Of a stretch of DNA of 64,000 nt, positions 28,699-37,511 are shown piece after piece. Position numbers and translations under genes: made by a program. Numbering within the stretch: position 1 is the first letter of the stretch; each line of letters starts with the position of its first letter. The DNA is from Clostridiaceae bacterium Marseille-Q4149 (GTDB taxonomy: Bacteria; Bacteroidota; Bacteroidia; Bacteroidales; Bacteroidaceae), in contig CAVIQL010000001.1 in assembly GCA_963644855.1 (NCBI GenBank), positions 29,105-93,104 on the forward strand. Direction: 5' to 3'. The notes under the pieces were generated by a model. That model ran no database searches. It saw nothing but the letters and a program-made list of their open reading frames with translations, and was not told the origin of the DNA.

Positions 28699-29943
28699 AT
28701 GAAAAGCAATAGAATATTTCTCTGTTTGGCTCACATGAGCGGCAATGAGATGAAATATATAAAAGAAGCTTTCGATACAAATTGGGTTGTGCCTCTTGGT
28801 CCTAACGTAAACGCTTTTGAAGACGATTTGAAGAAATTTGTGGGGCAAGACAAAGAGGTCGTAGCTTTGTGTTCCGGCACTTCGGCTGTTCACCTTGCGC
28901 TTACCGAGCTTGGAGTATCGGCGGGCGATGAAGTGATATGCCAAAGTTTTACGTTTTGCGCAAGCAGCCACCCTGTGAAATACCTCGGAGCTACGCCCGT
29001 GTTTGTTGACAGCGAAAAAGAAAGCTGGAACATGGACCCGCAGTTGCTTGAAAATGCAATCAAAGACCGCATCGAAAAAACGGGAAAGGCTCCCAAGGCA
29101 ATAATCCTCGTTTATCTTTACGGAATGCCTGCAAAGATTGACGAAATAATGGCTATTGCTGAAAAATACAACATACCTGTGATAGAAGATGCCGCAGAAG
29201 GTCTTGGCTCTAAATACAATGGACAAGTTTGCGGCACATTCGGACATTACGGTGTGCTGAGTTTCAACGGGAACAAGATGATAACAACCAGCGGAGGCGG
29301 GGCTTTGATTTGTCCAAATGCCGAAGCAAAAAATCGTGTAATGTTCTTTGCTACTCAGGCACGCGAAGCCTATCCGTATTATCAGCACGAAAAAATAGGA
29401 TATAACTATCGGTTGAGCAATGTATGCGCGGGAATTGGACGCGGACAGATGACAATTCTCGATGAACATATAAAGCATCACCACCATATAGCTGAAATTT
29501 ATGCCGAAGCCTTTGAAAAAATCGACGGAATAGACTTCCACGGCAATTGGAACGATAAATGCGATTCTAATTTCTGGCTTAGCACCATTACTATCTCGCC
29601 CGAATTGCATGTAAACGGCGAAGAAAACGCTTATGCGGCAGTAGTGAAAGGCGCTGTGGGAGGTGCGGCAGGCGTTGTGCATCAGTCTACAAACGCCCAC
29701 ACATCGTGCGAACCCAACAACAACATTGAGGCAATGCGCGTGGCTCTCGACAAAGCAAACATCGAAAGCCGTCCGCTCTGGAAGCCAATGCATTTGCAAC
29801 CTGTCTATAAGGATAGCCCCGCCTACGTTAATGGCGTGTCCGAGTCCTTGTTCAAAACAGGTTTATGCCTGCCAAGCGGTCCCTGTGTAAGCGAAGAAGA
29901 TGCACAATATATAGCCAAAGAAATTTTGTTGAACCGCAAATAA
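28699..29943 (+). CDS. DegT/DnrJ/EryC1/StrS-family PLP-dependent sugar aminotransferase (PglE/EpsN-like)
   Basis: GNEMKYIKEAFDTNWV...; SFNGNKMITTSGGGAL (PLP-lysine region); ESRPLWKPMHLQPVY C-terminal motif. Confidence 0.88.
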   Translation: MKSNRIFLCLAHMSGNEMKYIKEAFDTNWVVPLGPNVNAFEDDLKKFVGQDKEVVALCSGTSAVHLALTELGVSAGDEVICQSFTFCASSHPVKYLGATPVFVDSEKESWNMDPQLLENAIKDRIEKTGKAPKAIILVYLYGMPAKIDEIMAIAEKYNIPVIEDAAEGLGSKYNGQVCGTFGHYGVLSFNGNKMITTSGGGALICPNAEAKNRVMFFATQAREAYPYYQHEKIGYNYRLSNVCAGIGRGQMTILDEHIKHHHHIAEIYAEAFEKIDGIDFHGNWNDKCDSNFWLSTITISPELHVNGEENAYAAVVKGAVGGAAGVVHQSTNAHTSCEPNNNIEAMRVALDKANIESRPLWKPMHLQPVYKDSPAYVNGVSESLFKTGLCLPSGPCVSEEDAQYIAKEILLNRK

Positions 29944-29986
29944 TATTTGCAAGCCCTACCCAAAACATTCAATCCCTTTAATCATT

Positions 29987-31885
29987 ATGTATAAACGACT
30001 TTCAGATTGGATTTTCAATAGAGATGCGCTGCCTTACTGGTGTGTGTTGATTGTTGACTGGATTATAATAGTTTTTGCGGCTATTATTTGTATTATAATA
30101 GACCGTGGTCCAAACATAAACCTATTTTCGGTAGGCAAGACGCTTTGTCTGTATCTCGTGTTCTATTCTATTGGATTTCGTGTGATGCATACTTACAAGG
30201 GAGTGCTGCGTTATTCGTCTTTTGTCGACCTTTATCGCATCGGCGTGGCTATGTTTATCGGCACAGTACTCATTGCGTGCATGCGAGTATTCGCTAAAAT
30301 CGACACATGGTTCGCTCCAATCAGAATACGCGAGCTTATCGGAATGTTTGTAATAGGCACGGCGATGATGTGTGCGCTTCGTGTTTTCGTGAAATACCTT
30401 TACGATCGAGTTTTTGTGTCTAACGCAGCGAAAAGGGTGTTTATCTACGGAGTGAAACGCGGCGGAATTGGTTTGGCAAAGAACCTTAGCAACGAAGAAC
30501 CTAAGAAATATAATCTTTGCGGCTTTGTCAGCGACGAAGAAGACATGGTTGGAAAGATTCTTATGGGAGTGAAAGTTTACAAGCGGCGTGATGATTTGAT
30601 TCATATCATGAAACATATGGAAATCCAGGCTTTGCTTGTGTCGCCTTTGAAACAAACGAGTTTTGTGAACGACGTGAATTTTATCGACGCCCTTATTGAT
30701 GCGGGAATTGCCATATATACGATAGATCCTGCTGAGAAGTGGGACGGCAAGAGCGATTTGAATGCTAAGAAATTCCATGAGGTAGAGATTGAAGACCTGC
30801 TCCCACGCGACGAAATCGAGGTTGATTTGAAAGCGGTAGGGGATATGCTTAAAGGAGAAACCGTACTTATTACTGGCGCAGCGGGTTCTATAGGCAGCGA
30901 AATCGTTAGACAAGTTGCTTTGTTTGGACCAAAAAATATTATTTCGGTTGACGAAGCCGAAACGCCGTCGCATGATATTCGTTTGATGATGCGTCGTGAT
31001 TTCCCAGAAGTAAAGTGCGAGACGATAGTTACTACTATTTGCCGCAAGGAACGAATGGAACATATTTTCAAAACGTTCAAACCAAGTTTCGTGTTTCATG
31101 CTGCGGCATACAAGCACGTACCTATGATGGAGGACAACCCTTGCGAGGCGGTTGAAAACAATATTGAAGGAACACGCATTGTGGCAGATTTAGCAGTGAA
31201 ATATGGTGTAAAGAAATTTGTTATGATTTCCACCGACAAGGCAGTTAATCCAACAAATGTGATGGGTTGTTCCAAACGTATTTGTGAGATTTATGTGCAG
31301 AGTTTGAACAAGGCAGAAAAAGAGGGAAAGGTTTCCGGAAATACGCAATTTGTTACCACGCGTTTTGGAAATGTTCTTGGTTCAAACGGGTCGGTTATTC
31401 CGCTATTTCGTTCCCAAATCAAGAGCGGCGGTCCTGTTACCGTTACTCACCCCGACATTATTCGCTATTTTATGCTTATTCCCGAAGCGTGCAAGTTGGT
31501 TCTCGAAGCAGGCACAATGGGCAAAGGCGGAGAGATATTCGTTTTTGATATGGGCAAGCCCGTTCGCATAGCAGATCTTGCACGACGAATGATAAGATTG
31601 AGCGGTGTGCAAAACATTGAGATAAAATTTACCGGACTTCGTGATGGAGAAAAATTGTATGAGGAGGTTTTGAACGACAAGGAAACCACACTTCCTACAT
31701 TCAATCCCAAAATCAAAATTGCCAAGGTACGTGAATACGAATACGAGGAGGTAAATCGGGATATCGACAATTTGTTGAAGGTGAGCTACGAATTTGATGT
31801 AATGAAAGTTGTTGCTGCAATGAAGACTATTGTGCCTGAATACAAGAGCCAACATTCGGTATACGAAAAGCTTGACAAGGCTTAA
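29987..31885 (+). CDS. Membrane-anchored nucleotide-sugar 4,6-dehydratase (CapD/PglF-like polysaccharide biosynthesis protein)
   Basis: Four N-terminal TM helices, then VLITGAAGSIGSEI Rossmann motif and a YKHV / STDKAV catalytic region. Confidence 0.88.
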   Translation: MYKRLSDWIFNRDALPYWCVLIVDWIIIVFAAIICIIIDRGPNINLFSVGKTLCLYLVFYSIGFRVMHTYKGVLRYSSFVDLYRIGVAMFIGTVLIACMRVFAKIDTWFAPIRIRELIGMFVIGTAMMCALRVFVKYLYDRVFVSNAAKRVFIYGVKRGGIGLAKNLSNEEPKKYNLCGFVSDEEDMVGKILMGVKVYKRRDDLIHIMKHMEIQALLVSPLKQTSFVNDVNFIDALIDAGIAIYTIDPAEKWDGKSDLNAKKFHEVEIEDLLPRDEIEVDLKAVGDMLKGETVLITGAAGSIGSEIVRQVALFGPKNIISVDEAETPSHDIRLMMRRDFPEVKCETIVTTICRKERMEHIFKTFKPSFVFHAAAYKHVPMMEDNPCEAVENNIEGTRIVADLAVKYGVKKFVMISTDKAVNPTNVMGCSKRICEIYVQSLNKAEKEGKVSGNTQFVTTRFGNVLGSNGSVIPLFRSQIKSGGPVTVTHPDIIRYFMLIPEACKLVLEAGTMGKGGEIFVFDMGKPVRIADLARRMIRLSGVQNIEIKFTGLRDGEKLYEEVLNDKETTLPTFNPKIKIAKVREYEYEEVNRDIDNLLKVSYEFDVMKVVAAMKTIVPEYKSQHSVYEKLDKA

Positions 31886-31932
31886 CGCCTCTCGCAGGGG
31901 AGTGTTTTCAACTGCAGAGCAATCTAAAAGAA

Positions 31933-31967
31933 TCCTTATGGTTTTATGGCCGTAAGGACTTTTTTTG
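31933..31967 (+). terminator. Terminator after the CapD-like gene
   Basis: Stem tccttatgg / ccgtaagga (one G-U) followed by T7. Confidence 0.7.
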
Positions 31968-32040
31968 TTGTCGGGCTTGAAATTCTCAGAATCTATATTG
32001 TAAGTTTTTTGAACAGTTCAGAGAGGGGAAAAACGAGATA

Positions 32041-32125
32041 GGATGTAATTTTAATTTCAAGCCTTGGAATCAAAAATAGATGCCTTGGAATTTTTACGAT
32101 ATCCCATGTAGTTTTTGCGAAGCAT
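32041..32125. repeat. Repeat family locus R8
   Basis: ttcaagccttggaatcaaaaatagatgccttggaatttttacgatatcccatgtagtttttgcgaagc. Confidence 0.7.
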
Positions 32126-32319
32126 AATGTGGCGTTGCCAAAATGCGTTTATCATGGTAATAATTAGCGTTTTCCCCACGTTTTCAAAGCTCCAAGACTA
32201 ATTAAAGGGAAATGTCGTTCCGCTATCTCGTCAAAAATTCATATTTTTACACATTGAATTGGAAGTTTTAATCTTTTTGCCTGCACTTAATGCTAATTGT
32301 CAATATTTTGAATACAAAT

Positions 32320-34179
32320 ATGAGCATCAGAAAATTCTTGACAGCGCTGACATTGTGTGTACTTGTTTTTTGCAACACTGTTACTGCGCAAATTACTCCT
32401 TTCCGTTTTGCACAAATCACCGACATTCACCTCAATCCAAACAATCCCAATCCTACGGAATGGCTTCTTCGCTCTGTGGCACAGATTAATGCTACCGACA
32501 GCCTCGACTTTGTTTTGGTTACGGGCGATATTGCCGATTATGGCGACCGCAAGACGATAGAAAAGGTCAAGACTTGTCTCGACCTTTTGAAGTATAAATA
32601 CTACATCATACTCGGTAATCACGAAACTACGTGGAGCGATAGCGGCTGCATGGCTTTTAGCGAAACTTTTGGCAGCGAACGTTTTGAATTTGTGCACAAT
32701 GGCATACTTTTCCTTGGTTTTAATACCGGTCCTTTCATGCGTATGGCATACGGGCACGTGGTTCCGCAAGACATCACTTGGCTTAAACAGGAAATGAACA
32801 AATGGGGAAAAGACAAGCCCGTGATTCTTGTAACCCATTACCCGCTAACAAAAGGCGATGTGGACAACTGGTATGACGTAACCGATGCCATTCGCCCTTA
32901 CAACATACGTCTTATGATTGGCGGGCATTATCATCAAAACCGTAACCTTAGATACGACGGCATTCCGGGAATATTGATGCGCTCCAACCTTGCCGATGAA
33001 AATGGTAAGCCTGGTTATGGTATTTATGACATCACCAAGGATTCTATTAAAGTATATACTCAAAACATAGGCGAACCACGCAAAGAATGGGCGGCGTTTT
33101 CGTTGAAAGACAATATGTTTGATCATAACGGCAAGGCTGAAGAATATCCCGATTATTCGGTGAATAAGCAATTCCCCGCAAAAGAAAAATGGTGTGTCAA
33201 AGGCGAGGCGGGCGTTTACTCTTCTCCGTTCCGGGAAGGCAAGCGTCTTTTTGTCGGCGACGATATGGGAAGACTCACGGCCTATAATATAAACAACGGT
33301 AAGAAGCTTTGGCAATTTGCCGCGGGCAAACGAATCGTCGGTGATTGTGCAGCAGCCAACGGAATAGTAGTGTTTGGAAGCGCCGACAGCACAGTATATG
33401 GACTAAATGCTGCCAACGGAGAAATGTTATGGAAGTTGAAAACCCAAGGTCCCGTGCTTGGAGCCGTAAGTATAGACAACGGAGTGGCATACGTGGGTGC
33501 AAGCGATAATAAATTCCGTGCCATTGACATCAAAACTGGTAAACTTGTTTGGGAATACGCAAATGTAACGGGCTATATCGTAGCCCGTCCGCTTGTGGTC
33601 GCAGGAAAGGTGATTTTTGGGGCATGGGATAACACCCTTTATGCTTTGAACACCAATAACGGTAGCGAAGCGTGGAAATGGAAAGGCGGAAAAGACGGAA
33701 TGCACTTCTCGCCAGCATCGGTATGGCCCGTGTGTTCGGGCGAACGAGTGTTTATAGCCGCACCAGATAGGTATCTCACTGCGATAGATTTCAATACCGG
33801 AAAAACAATATGGCGCACCAATGCGTCGGTAGTAAGAGAATCGATTGGACTTTCCGCAGATGGTAAAATGGTTTACGGAAAGACAATGAACGATAGCGTA
33901 GTTAGTTATTCCACCTCAGGTAATACGCCAAAGGAAATATGGTCATCAAACGTAGGATTCGGCTATGAACATGCACCATCTATGCCTCTCGAAAGCAATG
34001 GAACTGTTTTTGGCGGAACGTGTAGCGGACTTGTTTATGCCGTTGACGCTAAGTCGGGTGCTTTGAAATGGAAATACAAAATCGGCAATTCGCTTGTGAA
34101 CACCGTTCTCCCGCTAAGCGCAAAAGAAGTGGCAGTAACTTCGAGCGATGGCACGGTTGCAGTAATAACCTCCAAATAA
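32320..34179 (+). CDS. Secreted calcineurin-like metallophosphoesterase fused to a PQQ-like beta-propeller repeat domain
   Basis: Signal peptide from ATG 32320. FAQITDIHL...VTGDIADYG...LGNHE phosphoesterase motifs. C-terminal repeated G.(L/M)(L/V)W(K/E) propeller blades. Confidence 0.75.
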   Translation: MSIRKFLTALTLCVLVFCNTVTAQITPFRFAQITDIHLNPNNPNPTEWLLRSVAQINATDSLDFVLVTGDIADYGDRKTIEKVKTCLDLLKYKYYIILGNHETTWSDSGCMAFSETFGSERFEFVHNGILFLGFNTGPFMRMAYGHVVPQDITWLKQEMNKWGKDKPVILVTHYPLTKGDVDNWYDVTDAIRPYNIRLMIGGHYHQNRNLRYDGIPGILMRSNLADENGKPGYGIYDITKDSIKVYTQNIGEPRKEWAAFSLKDNMFDHNGKAEEYPDYSVNKQFPAKEKWCVKGEAGVYSSPFREGKRLFVGDDMGRLTAYNINNGKKLWQFAAGKRIVGDCAAANGIVVFGSADSTVYGLNAANGEMLWKLKTQGPVLGAVSIDNGVAYVGASDNKFRAIDIKTGKLVWEYANVTGYIVARPLVVAGKVIFGAWDNTLYALNTNNGSEAWKWKGGKDGMHFSPASVWPVCSGERVFIAAPDRYLTAIDFNTGKTIWRTNASVVRESIGLSADGKMVYGKTMNDSVVSYSTSGNTPKEIWSSNVGFGYEHAPSMPLESNGTVFGGTCSGLVYAVDAKSGALKWKYKIGNSLVNTVLPLSAKEVAVTSSDGTVAVITSK

Positions 34180-34186
34180 TGTGGCT

Positions 34187-35434
34187 ATGAAAACAGTTAA
34201 GATTCTAATTTGTTGCATATCTGTTTTGCTGTGCTTGCCTTATGGTTTTGCGCAGAAAGTACGTATTAAAACCGGCATCGAGGTATTGAAGGCTGAAAAC
34301 TTCAAATGCTTGGAAGGGAAACGCGTGGGACTTATCACAAATCCCACAGGAGTGGACAATAATCTTAAAAGCGACATAGATATACTGCACGAAGCAAAAA
34401 ATGTGAACCTTGTTGCACTTTTTGGTCCCGAACATGGTGTGCGCGGAAACGCTCATGCTGGCGAGAGTGTGGGGAGTGATAAAGACGAAATCACGGGATT
34501 GCAGGTTTATTCTTTGTTTGGGAAAACGCGCAAAGCCACTCCCGAAATGCTAAAGGATATAGATGTGCTCGTATACGATATACAGGATATCGGAAGCCGC
34601 TCGTTCACTTACATAAGTACGATGGGACTTGCCATGGAAGCCGCTGCGGAAAATGGAAAGGAGTTTGTGGTGCTCGACCGTCCCAATCCGCTTGGAGGAA
34701 ATAGGGTAGAGGGCTGTTTGGTTGAAGATGGTTTTGTTTCGTTTGTAAGTCAGTATAAAATACCTTATATATATGGTTTGACTTGTGGCGAACTTGCCAT
34801 GATGCTCAACGGAGAACGTATGCTTAAAGACGGGAAACAGTGTAAACTTACTGTGATTAAGATGCGCGGTTGGAAGCGTAAGATGAATTATACTGCTACC
34901 GGTTTGCAATGGATACCTTCTTCGCCCCACATTCCGCATGCCGAAACGTCTTATTTCTATCCAATGAGCGGAATTCTTGGAGAGTTTAGTTATATGTCCA
35001 TAGGTGTGGGCTACACCATTCCCTTTGAAATGTTTGCAGCGCCGTGGATTGATGCCGCTGCCTTTTCTCGTCGTCTCAATGCCTTGAAAGTTCCGGGCGT
35101 TGAGTTTCGTCCTATTTACGCCATTCCTTTTTATGCGGCTTTTAAGGGTGAGAATATCGGCGGGGTACAGGTGCATTTTACCGATTATAGTAAAGCGCCG
35201 CTCACAGATATCCAATTTCTCGTTATGCAAGAGGCCGCGGCGGCTTATCCAGACCAAAAAGTTTTTCAAGTTGCCGACCCCAAAAGATTTGCAATGTTTG
35301 ATAATGTGTGCGGAACTTCTAAAATCCGCGAGATGTTCGGAAAAAATTATCGTTGGGACGATGTAAAATCGTATTGGTATAAGGATGTGGAAAGTTTCAA
35401 GAAGCTTTCGAAAAAATATTATCTGTACAAATAA
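34187..35434 (+). CDS. namZ: DUF1343 family exo-beta-N-acetylmuramidase (NamZ-like)
   Basis: GLITNPTGVD...LFGPEHGVRG...VYDIQDIGSRSFTYIST...VLDRPNP motifs. The ORF opens at GTG 34181; the first ATG is at 34187. Confidence 0.8.
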   Translation: MKTVKILICCISVLLCLPYGFAQKVRIKTGIEVLKAENFKCLEGKRVGLITNPTGVDNNLKSDIDILHEAKNVNLVALFGPEHGVRGNAHAGESVGSDKDEITGLQVYSLFGKTRKATPEMLKDIDVLVYDIQDIGSRSFTYISTMGLAMEAAAENGKEFVVLDRPNPLGGNRVEGCLVEDGFVSFVSQYKIPYIYGLTCGELAMMLNGERMLKDGKQCKLTVIKMRGWKRKMNYTATGLQWIPSSPHIPHAETSYFYPMSGILGEFSYMSIGVGYTIPFEMFAAPWIDAAAFSRRLNALKVPGVEFRPIYAIPFYAAFKGENIGGVQVHFTDYSKAPLTDIQFLVMQEAAAAYPDQKVFQVADPKRFAMFDNVCGTSKIREMFGKNYRWDDVKSYWYKDVESFKKLSKKYYLYK

Positions 35435-35441
35435 TAATGAA

Positions 35442-36680
35442 ATGAGAAAAGCAGGCAATAGTAATAGAATTTTGGCGCTTGATATACTGCGCGGAATTAC
35501 CATAGCCGGAATGATTTTGGTAAACAATCCCGGCTCGTGGGGCTATATATTTACTCCGCTCGACCATGCAGAGTGGTTGGGGCTTACGCCCACCGATTTT
35601 GTTTTCCCGTTCTTTATGTTCATAATGGGAATAACCACTTACATATCTTTGCGCAAGTATAACTTCCAGGCGTCTGCCGTGGCGGTGAAAAAGATAGTGG
35701 TACGCACGGTGGTAATAATCCTTGTAGGGTCGTTCATCGGCTTTTTCGCGCATTTTTGTTACTATTGGAACAACGCTGATGCGCAACTCGGTTTTGGCGG
35801 ACAGTTTCTCGAAGCGCTCAACGTGTTTCCCACGCTTAGGTTTACTGGCGTGCTCCATCGCCTTGCCATTTGTTATTGCGTAGTGGCAATTCTTGCTCTT
35901 ACGGTGAAGCACAAAAGTTTTCCATGGATAATTGCCGGACTGTTTGTGGCGTATTTCATTGTGTTGCAATCCGCCAACGGCTATGCTTATGACGAGACTA
36001 ACATTTTGTCAATATTCGATCGCGCAATAATTCCCGTTGCCCATTTATATAATGACCATGGCATTGATCCCGAAGGACTTTTGAGCACAATTCCAAGCAT
36101 TGCCCATGTAATGATAGGCTTTGTTGTGGGACGAATGATGTTTGTTGAAAATAAACAAACGGATATCGAAAAAACAATGTCGGATATTATTTCAACAAAG
36201 TCCGATATTATTTCAAAAAGGTCCGATATTGTTCAAACGAAATTTGATATCGTTATGACACGATTGTTTGTCTTTGGAACAGCAATGCTAATCTCCGGAT
36301 TTTTATTGAGTTATGCCTGCCCCATAAGCAAGAAGATTTGGACACCGACCTTCTCCATGGTAACATGTGGCTTTGCCTGCATGGTTTTGGCACTACTCAT
36401 ATATATAATAGACAAGAAGGGAATAAAGAAATGGAGCGGATTTTTTGCCTCGTTCGGTGCCAACCCTCTTTTTCTCTACATAATGTCCGACGTGTTCGCA
36501 ATTCTGTTTAGCTGCATCAAGGTTTCGGGAATTAGCATACACGCCCATGTCTACAATATCCTCGTACCGTTGTTTGGCAATACGGGCGGGTCGTGCGTAT
36601 ATGCCATACTGTTTGTGATATTCAACTTCGCCGTTGTGGCTTATCCGCTTTATAAACGCAAAATCTACATTAAAATATAA
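35442..36680 (+). CDS. Heparan-alpha-glucosaminide N-acetyltransferase-like membrane acyltransferase (DUF5009/DUF1624 type)
   Basis: RILALDILRGITIAGMILVNNPGSW N-terminus and multiple TM helices. Start moved to ATG 35442. Contains an in-frame repeat insertion (see R9). Confidence 0.75.
   Translation: MRKAGNSNRILALDILRGITIAGMILVNNPGSWGYIFTPLDHAEWLGLTPTDFVFPFFMFIMGITTYISLRKYNFQASAVAVKKIVVRTVVIILVGSFIGFFAHFCYYWNNADAQLGFGGQFLEALNVFPTLRFTGVLHRLAICYCVVAILALTVKHKSFPWIIAGLFVAYFIVLQSANGYAYDETNILSIFDRAIIPVAHLYNDHGIDPEGLLSTIPSIAHVMIGFVVGRMMFVENKQTDIEKTMSDIISTKSDIISKRSDIVQTKFDIVMTRLFVFGTAMLISGFLLSYACPISKKIWTPTFSMVTCGFACMVLALLIYIIDKKGIKKWSGFFASFGANPLFLYIMSDVFAILFSCIKVSGISIHAHVYNILVPLFGNTGGSCVYAILFVIFNFAVVAYPLYKRKIYIKI
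36160..36256. repeat. Repeat family locus R9, located in frame inside the acyltransferase CDS
   Basis: Four 21-nt units (acaatgtcggatattatttca / acaaagtccgatattatttca / aaaaggtccgatattgttcaa / acgaaatttgatatcgttatg) translate to TMSDIIS TKSDIIS KRSDIVQ TKFDIVM. Confidence 0.8.
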
Positions 36681-36689
36681 TTCTTGGGA

Positions 36690-37511
36690 ATGAACTTCGA
36701 AAAGATAACAGAGCAACCCTCTCTTTACGATAATCTTGAAAAAAAATCAATAGGCGAAATACTTCGGGATATCAATGCCGAAGACCAGAAAGTAGCTCTC
36801 GCGGTTGAAAAAACAATTCCGCAAATCGAGAAACTTGTAGAAGGAATAGTTCCGCGCATGCGCAAAGGCGGCAGAATATTTTATATGGGCGCGGGAACGA
36901 GCGGACGTCTCGGAGTATTGGACGCTTCGGAACTTCCACCCACTTACGGAGTGCCACCATCGCTTGTGATAGGGTTGATAGCAGGCGGCGATACCGCTTT
37001 AAGAAACGCTGTGGAAAATGCAGAAGACGATGCACAAAAAGGATGGGAAGAATTGTGCGCTCACAACGTGAATGAGCACGACGTTGTCATAGGAATTGCC
37101 GCTTCAGGAACGACTCCGTATGTAGTAGGAGCGATAACCGAAGCAAGAAAACACGGAATTTTTACCGGAGGTATAACAAGCAATCCCGGAGCACCGCTTG
37201 CCCAAGCCGCCGAAGTGGGTATCGAAATGATTGTAGGCCCGGAATATGTTACGGGAAGCTCACGTATGAAATCGGGAACCGGACAAAAAATGATTCTAAA
37301 CATGATTTCCACTTCGGTAATGATACAACTTGGGCGAGTACGCGGCAACCGAATGGTAAATATGGAAATTACGAATAAGAAATTGCAGGATCGCGGCACA
37401 AAAATGATACTTAATGAACTTGGCATCAGTTATGAGCAAGCCAATGCCTTGTTGGCGCTCCACGGTTCGGTGCAAAAAGCAATCGATGCATACAAAAACC
37501 AAACAAAATGA
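36690..37511 (+). CDS. murQ: N-acetylmuramic acid 6-phosphate etherase
   Basis: SIS domain GRIFYMGAGTSGRLG...ELPPTYG...GIAASGTTPYV. The ORF opens at TTG 36684; the first ATG is at 36690. Confidence 0.9.
   Translation: MNFEKITEQPSLYDNLEKKSIGEILRDINAEDQKVALAVEKTIPQIEKLVEGIVPRMRKGGRIFYMGAGTSGRLGVLDASELPPTYGVPPSLVIGLIAGGDTALRNAVENAEDDAQKGWEELCAHNVNEHDVVIGIAASGTTPYVVGAITEARKHGIFTGGITSNPGAPLAQAAEVGIEMIVGPEYVTGSSRMKSGTGQKMILNMISTSVMIQLGRVRGNRMVNMEITNKKLQDRGTKMILNELGISYEQANALLALHGSVQKAIDAYKNQTK

Noticed and set aside
28642-29799. 385-aa ORF on the minus strand
   Set aside because: It lies entirely antisense to the well-supported DegT-family aminotransferase gene. Its composition is Cys/Phe/His-rich and low in complexity, with no motifs. 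It is a typical shadow ORF.
30122-31117. 331-aa ORF on the minus strand
   Set aside because: It is antisense to the CapD/PglF-like dehydratase gene, with no recognisable domain. It is a shadow ORF.
34550-35527. 325-aa ORF on the minus strand
   Set aside because: It is antisense to the NamZ-like gene and has no motifs. It is a shadow ORF.
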